The position numbers and the translations under genes were made by a program. The notes beneath the pieces were generated by a model. It did not search any database. It saw nothing but the letters and a program-made list of their open reading frames with translations, and was not told where the DNA came from. DNA of 63,581 bases, the filler included, from Sluysia triapertura (lineage: Eukaryota): assembly GCA_046118255.1 (NCBI GenBank). It is 5 parts of 5 records of this genome, joined end to end, with 100 filler letters (N's around TTAATTAATTAA, not from the genome) between each part and the next. Parts side by side here need not be neighbours in the genome. Positions count along the whole stretch, not along the records: positions 52,088 to 63,581 come from JBJNIA010184146.1; 4 more parts are not named here. One strand, given 5' to 3'. How positions within the stretch are numbered: position 1 is the stretch's first letter; the number at the start of each line of letters is the position of its first letter. Positions 52,348-63,581 of the stretch are shown here, one piece after another.

Positions 52348-53620
52348 TGTCAGGGTTCAATACGCCCTATGTAAATTTTCGAATAAATAAAAATTTTCTG
52401 TAAAATATTTTAAGAAATAAAATTATTTTAAATTATAATATTATAAGAAATAAAAAGATAAAAAGAAAATTTTAATAAAATAAATTTAGATTAATTTCAA
52501 TTACTTAACTTTACAATTTTAATTAAAAAAACAAATATTATTTAGTATAAACGTAATTAAAAAATTGTCATTTAAGGGATATTATCATAATATTAAAAAA
52601 TATTAAATTTACAATTTTGGTTGTAACACCCACAACGAATAACATTGCAATTATTATTTTGGTGTGATACCCGCATATAAAAGGCAAAAATAGTTGTACA
52701 AAGATTTATAACAGTAATAATAATTACCACAACTATAATATCTAAGCGAGAAAGTTAATTTGGACTTATTCTAACCAAATATTTTCGAGGTAATATTACT
52801 AGCCGAGTCATGCATTTGCGATCACGGTAAAACTCGTGGAATACGGTTATTTACAACTAAAATATTACTTGTAGAATTAATTATTCATAATTATTGATTA
52901 CGCGTGCTACAGTAATTTGAAAATCTACAATGGTTTGGCTCGCATCATATATCCAGCTAAATTATTTTAAATCCCTAATAATAATAATAAGTCGTAAGTT
53001 TATAAGTTTATAACCTTTTATATAATGGTTAATATCGACTTAAACTAGTAATTATTTGATAGTAAATCTAGTTAAGGTTTGAAGCCCTAATTTTAATTTA
53101 TTATTATTATTATTATTATTAGTATTAGTATTATTATTATATATTTACGTGTAATAACGTCTGCAAAATACATTTTAGTGAATTTGTATATTATATTTTA
53201 ATATTTATTTTGTTATTTGAATTAAATTGAGACCATAAAATCATTAACAGTTTATTAAAGATCGCTGGTAAAAATATTAAAAGATTTTGTGGTAAGATGA
53301 TTGTTTATTTTGACGTTGAATCATTTTAATAAAGTAACTTAAAGTAAAGAATTATTGACTGAACATAGAGATTTTAAATCAGAATAATAAGTACAATATT
53401 AAAGAAATTCATTTCGTGTATAAGGAAATAAAGATCTTATTAAGAATATTAAAGTTTGACATTCACAGTCATTTAATAGATCGCGTTCGCTTCATATTCC
53501 GTTAGGATTCATATCGCTGATCACAGGTGAACCCAAATTTAAATCATATTTGCTGTAAGGTTTATATAGATAAAAAACCGAGCAAAATTCTTGAAGTGTA
53601 CTATCATAACTACCCTGACA
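52348..53620 (+). mobile_element. Putative solo LTR (about 1.27 kb)
   Basis: Perfect 9-bp terminal inverted repeat TGTCAGGGT...ACCCTGACA, TATAAGGAA at about 53418, and family hairpin plus GGTGAACCCA at 53479-53535. No clean TSD. Confidence 0.6.
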
Positions 53621-54819
53621 TAAGCACACCATAAAGTGTGTAATGAGTATGACTATAACAACTTTAGAAATTATCTTATAATACTATAATACACAGAGAT
53701 TGATGTGTATAGATACATCACTCAATTAAACAAATGAAATGTTTTTAATTTTACCTTATTGTTAAGTTAGTGTGCCGCAAAATTTATTTAATTAATTTGT
53801 TCGGCAAAAAGAATCACTGATGTAAGCAAAAATAATAATGTAACAGTTAAATATTACAAACTTAGCACAGTTATACTAAAAGAAATAAATGAAGAAAGAA
53901 ATTAATAAAGTAGTTAATTTAATTATATTTTCTTTTTATATAAATATCAAATAAAATTTTAAATATGATTGACAACACTCACATTACTTATGAATTAAAT
54001 GGATTTCAAGGTATTTAAAATAAGCAAAGTTTAAATTTTATTTTATTATTTTATTTTATTTTTATTTAAATCTTATTTTTCGAATTTATTTTTAATAATC
54101 CAAATTCAATTTTGTGAAATTAAAATAAATTAATCAATAATAATTAACAGATTCATTTTTACTATGTTTATCAAATATATTGGTCGAATTATACTATAGA
54201 TAGAATTGAAAATTGATTAGATTTAACATAGTTCGTAAGAAATAAATTTGTTAATTAAAACCAGTTATAAAAATCAATCTAATATACATAAATTGGTGTT
54301 ATAAAATTCTTTTGATAATTTCTTTGTAAAGTATGAACATATAAAATTGTTTTATTATTATAATAGTTTCGTCTATATAAAAGAGAAATTATTACAAGAA
54401 ATCTTTATTTAATTGGTCATTAATTGTAAAAAGAGAATATTTATGACATTTTACTTTTTTATTATTATACACAGAAATATGTTAAAATAACTAATTTAGT
54501 ATTTGTTTTTATTGTATAAGAAAATGAAAATGAAAAAAAGCATTAAAAAAAGACATTTTAAAATGTGCTTTGATAAAAGTTCATCAAAACAGTTCTNNNN
54601 NNNNNNNNNNNNNNNNNNNNNNNNNNNNNNNNNNNNNNNNNNNNNNNNNNNNNNNNNNNNNNNNNNNNNNNNNNNNNNNNNNNNNNNNNNNNNNNNNNNN
54701 NNNNNNNNNNNNNNNNNNNNNNNNNNNNNNNNNNNNNNNNNNNNNNNNNNNNNNNNNNNNNNNNNNTAATAGTAATAATAATATTATAATACTAATATTG
54801 AAAATAATAGTAATAATAA

Positions 54820-54942
54820 TGTTATGTTGTCATCACAACCTTCTAAAATCATTTAAAAATCTTTAAAATCACTTTAAATATATTCATTTTCCAAAAGAGA
54901 TTATTTTTCGAAAAAATAAAATTCGCTTCTAAAAATAGAACA
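54820..54942 (-). repeat. Same repeat family, copy 4
   Basis: TGTTATGTTGTCATCACAACC...TTATTTTTCGAAAAAA...TCTAAAAATAGA matches copy 1 inverted. Confidence 0.8.
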
Positions 54943-57387
54943 TTTTAAAATAAACTTACCTGAGTTTTTAGTTTCATCATTTCATTAGAATTAGAATTTT
55001 TAGTTAAAATAAGATTTTTTAAAACAGTTAATTACGTAGTTAATTGAGCATTTAATATGATAAAGTACGAGCTTATACAGTGACAGAAACACCCTCTGTA
55101 CGACATAAGATGTTTACTGTAACAGGACCCTTCTCAAAAGTATTTTGCTTTAGGTTAAGTGTAGTAATAATAAAAATAATAATATTAATAAAAATAATAG
55201 TAATAATAGTAATAATAACAGTAATAATAAAAATAATTCAAGAAATAATAATGATAATAATAATAGTAGTAATAATAATACTAAACATAATAATAGTAAT
55301 ANNNNNNNNNNNNNNNNNNNNNNNNNNNNNNNNNNNNNNNNNNNNNNNNNNNNNNNNNNNNNNNNNNNNNNNNNNNNNNNNNNNNNNNNNNNNNNNNNNN
55401 NNNNNNNNNNNNNNNNNNNNNNNNNNNNNAATAGTGAAAATATTAATAATAGTATAAAAAAGAAAACATAATAATAATAATTTGTTAGGCTTTCACTTCA
55501 AAGTATAATTATCTCACGAATTTCTTTAAACTCAACTGCATTTCTGAAACTATTCATTGTAATAGTACCACGGTTGTTTCTAAAGTTTATCTTCATTAAA
55601 AAACGTATTTTGTACTTTTGTTGAACGCAATTATGAATAAAATGTGGATATTTTTATTGGTGGATAATTATAAATTGTAAATAAATTTTCTTTACAATCT
55701 CTTTTTTTCTTTTTTTATCTCTTATTCTAAATGTTATCTTAAAAGGTAAAAAATAATACCAAAATGAAAAAGATTTTAATAAATATTTCTAATCTAAAAT
55801 TTCAATTTAATTCAATAGAAAAAATATTATGTAAACAAAATAACGTAAACAAGCCAAGCAATTTAAATAAATATGTTTTGATTTCTCTTATACTTTTAAA
55901 TAAGAAAAAATAAATAATAAAACTTAGACTTAAAAAGGTACTTTAGAACGACCTAAAGTAATAATGTTTAAAATTAAATTAAGTTTTGATATTTTCTTAA
56001 AGTCTAATTTTAAGATTTTTATCTGAAATCTTCAACGTATCTCACTAGAAGCTTTTCTGTGTTAAAGGTAATTATTCCATGTTTTATATTAATCCCAATT
56101 TTTAACCGCTTTCACATATCTTTTCAAAGTTTATTTATTAATAAAATCATCGTACAACATAATATAAAAGTAAATTTTTTTAACTACCTTATTTTACTAC
56201 TACAGCAGAAATAATTAGAAATAACATCCCACGTGGATCAAGAAAGACAGGTCAAATTAAAGTCTGGTAGATGACAATGAAAAAAGAAAACAGATAATCC
56301 TTATGAACAGAAATATGTTGTTTTCTGTTGCTAGGTCTAGTGATCATAGTAGAATATAGAATCTATATTACGTATGAACAAATAAAATGTTGAATATTTA
56401 CTAATATAAGACACCTGACACTGAATTTTGGAGTATTCTTATATTAAACATTATGAATAATCTTGGATGTGAATAAAACTTATTTAAAGAACTTGTTATT
56501 AATGTTACAAGTCATTTTATCAGATGTTTCGTGGAAATGATCTACCAACAGATGACGAATAAAAGCATGAAATATAAAAACGGCACTAAAACGTTGCGAG
56601 AATGAGATCCATCATAAGGGAAGTTAAGAGTCAATAACTGATTTTTTACAGATGAAATTATTGAAATGAGATCACACGTTAACGACCCATCTAAGATAGC
56701 TTCTTCATAATTATCTTAGTTATCGATATTAATAATGTGAACTAGAACGTAATCTGTTTCTCAAAATTGAAATAAAATGCGAAATAACTAATTTTGTTCA
56801 AAAAATGATATATTTTCATAATAAAACATCGAAGAATAACCGTTTTTTTCATAAGTAATATACGATTAATCACAAAGATATTAAAAACAAAAGAACCACA
56901 AATTATATAATAAAGTATGAAATTAACCAGTTATCTATTACGATCTAAAATAAAGTAATCAGGATACAACAACATTAGTGGAAATAGATATTAGTGATTT
57001 ACTTTCAATAAATTGCAACAAAACAATGTAAAGTTATGCTTAAATAGATTGTGAATTAACAATTATAAATTTGAAATAAATAAATTAATAAATAAAAACC
57101 ATTTTTGCACATTTTTCAAAGTTTAAAAGTCGCTTTTTATTATGAAATAAAAATCTCTTTTATTATTACAAATAATATAATAAATGAATTACTTTTTTAA
57201 TTGTTTAAATATTTGTTGTATTGTAAAAATTTATTTCTAAATTTTATACTGTTTATAAATTAACAGCATTTACAACTTTAAATATTTGTTTAAAATAATC
57301 TATTTAATGAACTTCTGAAATAATATAGAAACAAAGTAAATAATTCTTAATTTGTATATGCTTGACTGAATAATCTTATAACATTCG

Positions 57388-57424
<37 letters not shown>

Positions 57425-60139
57425 TTATAAACAATACATTAAATAATACGAAATAATTACAATTTTAATAGTTTTATTTAAAGCATGAAATTAATTAAAA
57501 ATTATTAAATAAATTTCGTTAGTACAATTAAAGTGAAATAATTAAAACAATTTTTTACATAATGTAAACGTAATAAAAGTGAGAGGATAATTCAAAATCA
57601 CAAAGGTTAATTTTATAAATACTTACGTTATGTAAGTCCTAGATATCTCAAGGGAAATAATAAAAAATGGAAATAAATGAATATGTCTTTAAGATATAAC
57701 AATTTATATAATCCATACATTGTGATAATAAGATAAGTTTCGAAAAACCACAACTATCTACTAAAGTTTGACAAATCCGTAAAAGAATATGAAACATTTA
57801 CAAAGAATAATATTCATGTTTCAGAAATATGATGATCAATATATTCTAAGCACATTTTCTTACTTATTTCATAGAAGAAATTGGCGCTATATAAATTAAA
57901 ATATTATTATTATTATTATTTAAATTAAGAATAATTTAGTGTTGATGAATGAACTGCAAATTTTTGTTCACAAAATTTTTTAGATTTGTTAATTTTAATT
58001 TTAAATTTGAAAAAACAAAATTAAGGTTAAAACGACTAAAAATAATTTTAATATTAATGTAAAATATAAAATTGAATGAAAACAATAATAAAAATTCTGA
58101 GGCGTGAAATGATATATAAAAAAATGTTCTAAAATAGTTAAATTTTTAATATAATTGAATTGTATTATTATTTAAAAATTATTTTTATTGTTAATTATTA
58201 TAACAATAAAATTAATAATATATTTTACTTAATTTATATGGCATTAATAGATAAATAGATAAACATTGAGTTTCATAAAAACGTTATAATATTTCTAAGA
58301 TCTAACGCTATGAAACAAATATCATCTAACCTATCTTTTTATTACTGTGAATTATTTATTTTAATATCTGTATTTTTATTCATCTTTTATAATGTAAGAA
58401 TTTCTATATTACTTTCACAATTAAGGTTATATATATTATATTGTAAGATCGTCAGATTGATTCACCATTAATAACAATTTTTTGAACTTTTTTGTTTGGA
58501 ACTGAGAATAATAATTAATTATAATAATTTATATTATTACTTGTGAAATTATAAGTAAGTTGATAATTATAAGTAAGATAATTTTTGAAATAATTATAAT
58601 TTTAATTTTAATTATAATTATTAATCAGACATTTAATGCTTATCCTTTAATTCCACATATTAAATGAAAATAAATTCGACATTTTTTTACATTTTCTTTC
58701 AATAAAGATAAAAGATTTATAGATAATTTATCAACTGACGCCAAATATTTTACGATTAATCTTTTTATTACTATTATTATTATTATTATTACCATTATTA
58801 TTATATTTTAATAAGAAATGATTAAGAATACTTTGATTTAAAATGATTTTCTTTAAAATTTGAAAATATATCAAATTTATTTAATATGTCGTAGATAAAT
58901 TTGAGCACTATTAATATTTCAAAACATAATGGAAATGGTTTTAACTGGACATATTTAAATATAAAATTTTTTCAATATTAAAATGTGATATTATTTAAAC
59001 ATCAAATATTTGACATTAAATTTTACTAATTCATTATGCACTTTTGATACTAGCATTTCTCGTACATTTTCCATGGTATGGTGCCTTACTTCAAGTGATA
59101 CTAATAATATTATTTATATTAATATTATTTATAGCTTTTGACTTATGAATTAGAGCACCATCAAGCTGTAAAACTGTATTATTGTTACAGCACATCTCGA
59201 TAGCTTAGAAATTTTATGTTAATAGGTTTTATCATCAACTGTATTTTTCTTATTAGCTTTTTATAGGAGGTCCACTTATTTTACTTGATTCTCTTTCAAC
59301 TAATCATAATTGTTCACTAAGTATGATATTTCTTTAAGAAAAATGTGGCGAAATATTCCAAACATTTTCATCCTTCTTACTAATGGTGCTATTTTTGACC
59401 TGAATAACTTTTTATTCTTAAATTATGGATAACTTTTCTTTCTGGACCTATTTCTAATTTTATTTTCCATTAAATTTCCATTAAACTTTAAATAAATAAT
59501 AAATTATTTGTTATGAACATTATTAATTTAATAAATTAATATTTATATTTATTTTTTGTTAAAACTGGTGCTAAAATTATTTAATACTTATTATTGAAAT
59601 TTAACATATTATAATTGTATTATAAAAAAATTATAATATACTTAATTAAAGGTATATTCATTTTCTATATATTCATTTTAATACTAAACCTATTCATACC
59701 ATTTATCATAATATAATATTATATTATTTTATAATTTTTTAATAATGTAAATTTATTTGTTTATATATAAAAATAAAAGTCATATTATAAAATCGTAAAA
59801 TCCTACAATTTTTGACCGGTCGTGATATATTTACTGTTAATATTCCTTAAAATTTTGAAAAAATTATATAGTAAATATGTTTTCTTTAAATAATAATAAT
59901 AATAATATATTAATTATATTGTATTTTAATTCTGTGACATTTGAATTTCAAAAAGCATTTTGAAGTTATCCCAGATTTGGCAGTCAGATTTCCACTTTAT
60001 TTAATATAAAAATATTTTGTTTATGCAAAGTTTTTTACAATTATGTTATATAATTTGTAATATGTTTTTAATGTTATAACTTCAAAAAAGTATAATCTTT
60101 TCTGTTAATTGTATTAATTATGTTTCTTTCTTTATGGGA

Positions 60140-60627
60140 AATTTTTAATGGAATGACATCAGAGATGGGGCAGAAGTTCTTGTGCAATATTTAATGAATA
60201 ACAACTTCAAGAAGAGTTTCTTGAAATTATCATTATGAAAAGTGTCAAAATTTTCAATGGTTTTCTAAATTTTGTACATGAAATAAAGTTACCTTATTAT
60301 CCTTGCTAATAAGCGATTAATAGATATGTCTTTAAAAATTGATAATTTGGTTAAGGCGAATTGGAATTTTTATTGTATATGGATGATGTAACATTTTACA
60401 TATTTAGAGATTTAGTTGATATTAAAATTTTTTTATTGCAAACGATAATTGAAATAATTTGTTTTACAGAATTTATTGTTACACTGAGAACATTAAATTT
60501 TGTAATTAGAACAGAAGAACAAAAACAAACAAGAATTAAGCTTTGGATAATCAAGTTCCAATATTACTATTCTATTGGATTGCTTCTCAAAATGATCAAT
60601 CAGACATTAATTGTAAAAAATATCTGA
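60140..60627 (+). pseudogene. Possible highly decayed non-LTR reverse transcriptase fragment
   Basis: LEFLLYMDDVTFY (YMDD at 60376-60387), preceded in another frame by SYLIILANKRLIDM. No QG motif found. Confidence 0.25.
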
Positions 60628-63581
60628 CTGAAATTATTAATATTATTTGATTTAATAATTTTGTAAATGTGTAAAATTTTATTTTATTTTTATGTTTGCT
60701 ATTTTATTTGTGTTTAATATTTTCAAAAAAAGTGTAATTTATTATAATAAATTATTATTATTGTTCTTTAAAAAAATTATAAATAAAATTTAATTATACA
60801 GAATTTAAATTATGAAAGGAATATTCGAGAACAAGAAATTGTTTTAATAAATTAATTTTAATATACGTGTCTTTATACGTAGAAAAACTATATAAAGACA
60901 AACAATTTTTATAATTCGAATTACAAATACAATCGCCATTTTACTATTTCAAGTAGTAATTTCAACAATTCCATTCATCATTTCTGGTTCTCTTTGGTGC
61001 TCAACGAAATTATCAATTTAATGAACTATAAAGCAGATTTAGATCTCGCGTATTCGATTAGAGAGGTCTCAAGGCTAATTCTCTTCGATCCAATTAAATA
61101 TTCACGAAAAACATTAATTTGATCCCGAATATTCAATTACAATTTTTAATTTATCTTTTGAATAGTAAGTTTATCCTAAATAAAGTGCAACATTTGGAAA
61201 ATATTTTCACATAAATGATTGTAAAAGATCTAATTTATGTTCACATCATTATCAAAGCAATTTATCATTCATTTCTTGAATTAAGTGACAAGAGTTGATG
61301 CAAGAGTTATTTATTTTCAAGTTTGCTTTTTTTATGAATAATATAATTAATTTTACTGATAAAAATTCAATGTTTATTTTTCTACAAATATTTAAAATTA
61401 AAATATGATTTTTGTGTTAAATATTTTATATAAGTTATAAATGAAAATTTTTTTACGAATTTTAAAAACATTTAAACACTAAAAATACATAAACAATTAA
61501 AACACCTAATTTGTTTTAATAATTTTTGTATTAAAATAAAGTATTTAATTATTAATTAAAAAATTAATTGATAATTTTTAATAAACATATAAAAATAGTA
61601 ACAAGTAGGTTGAAGAAAATGGTAAAAATTTAATTAATATTTATCGTGATTAATTTGTTTCAGTATTTCAATGTGTAATTATTTATTTTTGTGTTACTCA
61701 ATCTCATTTATCGTGAAGTGAAGCAAGCAATTTAAAAAGTACACATCATATCTCACTGAAAAGAATTACTGGAAGTTTTACAAAAACATATTACTTATAA
61801 AAATATATATATCACTTTTTTCTTATGCGTAAGACTTAAATAAATTTATTAAAATTAAATTTTATTGCAGCGATCATAAAAATATTTTGTTATATTAAAT
61901 TATCAGAAACTATTAATTTTATTGTTATATATAATTTAATTTAAGATTATAAATTTATACTACAATATATTTAAATGGAATTTGAAATTTGATTTTGCTG
62001 ATAAAACGACTTTCTAAATGAAATTGGATATGAAATAATTTCAAATATCAAATTATTAAATTTAACCTTGTGAAATACTTAAACATGCTTCGTTAAATTT
62101 TGAATAATTTTGGCTGCTACGATTTAAACAGTTGTGGCCACTGTAACCGTCGAAACATCTAAAATAAGTAACATTTTTTACATTATTTTATTTGTTGTAT
62201 TTAATAAAATAAAATAATAATTATTATTTATATAAATTATTATTATATGAATCTAACAAATTAATAAATTATTAAAATTTTGTTTTATCATTACATTAAC
62301 TTTTATCAACTACATTATTTTTTATTTTATTAATCATTAAATATTAATAAAATAAAAAATAATAAATTGTATCATTTTTAAATTTAAATTAAAAATGTGA
62401 CATGCAACAATATGGCAACCATTTAAGAATTCAGAAATATTCTACTTATAGAGCTTTCTTCTGTTGATGTATTATTACTATTAATATTATTAACTATTAT
62501 TATCATTATCATTATTACTATTATTATTATTATCATTATTATTAGGTAGATAATCTTTTAATTTCAATAATACACAAAAAAGAACATAAAAAAGAAATTA
62601 GAGAAATTAGAAAATTAAATTGATAACAATATCAAAATGACCAATTACTATTATAAAGTAATGACTCTTAAATATAACTTTCTATTCTTCATAAGCAATA
62701 TATTTATTTATTTATTTATTGAGGCATAGATTGTAATCTAGATTAATCATATAATAATTACACTAAGTTTCAAAGTCTTCATAAATAAATTGTCACACTA
62801 TTTTCAGAAAATATCATTTCGTAATTGTTTATATTTTGTAATTATGCTTACTTCTTTTGTAATTTTCATTTTCAAATTATTGTATTATGTGCAATAATTA
62901 ATATTTTTGTAATTATGTTTATATATTTAAAGAAAAATAAAAGTTTTAATTATGCATTATTAATTTTCGTAATAAATTTTGTAATAAGTTTTGTAATAAA
63001 GCTAAACCATGAATTTTCATTGAACCGAAAATCAATAATTTAATTTTATGTAAATATGGATTATTTATAATTTTGTCAATATTTGAAATAACAGTTAACA
63101 AACATTAAAGGCAAACAAACTTTACCTTTAGAAACGTAAAAATGTTTCTTAATATTTCAATAATTATTTAAATGTTTCTTGATTTTGAATTATCAATAAT
63201 ATATACTACCTACAAAAGATATTTAGGACATTTGTATTATAAGTAATCAAAAATTCTATTATTATTTTTATTGGTAAAATTAATTTTACTTGTAAAAGTA
63301 TGGTATTTTATTAATTTATTAGTTATCAATAAATGCATAAAAGGTTTTATAGTATCTATATTAAAGAATATCTATATTTATATTTCTTTTAGTTTGTATT
63401 TATATTTTGTTATTTACAATTATTACCATTCATATTCGTACCATTTAAAAGTAATTCTATAATGACTGATAATTATAATATTTAATTATTTAATTACGAG
63501 ATTTAATACATAAAATCTCGTAATATACTATTCCAAGCTATTAAAAAGAAAAAAGTGGATTTTTATAATAAGTCGTTTGAA

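Noticed and set aside
59040-59450. Minus-strand LQLDGALIHKSK resembling a Tc1/mariner DDE motif
   Set aside because: It is an isolated motif with no other catalytic segments or TIRs, too decayed to call.

Overview
Very AT-rich (roughly 20% GC by eye), gene-poor eukaryotic DNA; the organism cannot be named from this window. It is not one locus. Four 100-nt spacers (N44-TTAATTAATTAA-N44) join five pieces: 1-13523, 13624-27831, 27932-40323, 40424-51987 and 52088-end. The only intact host gene I can support is a 3-exon YTHDF-type m6A reader (940-1201, 4241-4730, 9696-10383; about 479 aa, splice phases fit). It has a PAM2-like N-terminal motif, a DC1-type Asn in the m6A pocket and two large insertions in the YTH domain. 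Its first intron holds a TTAA-flanked piggyBac-type element carrying a decayed non-transposase gene. The rest is mostly decayed mobile DNA. The most striking signal is an LTR-retroelement lineage that carries a ubiquitin-like domain flanked by several SIM-like motifs. It occurs once at the end of a long Ty3/gypsy Gag reading (30909-33490) and once directly behind a different PBS with no Gag (22442-23640). The LTRs of this lineage share a structure-conserved, sequence-variable hairpin followed by YGAAYYCA (about 7 copies). Beside the Gag-UBL relic lies a frameshifted C2H2 zinc-finger plus Ulp1/SENP (C48) protease with His, Asp, Gln and Cys all present. All homology calls are by-eye motif recognition; no searches were run.
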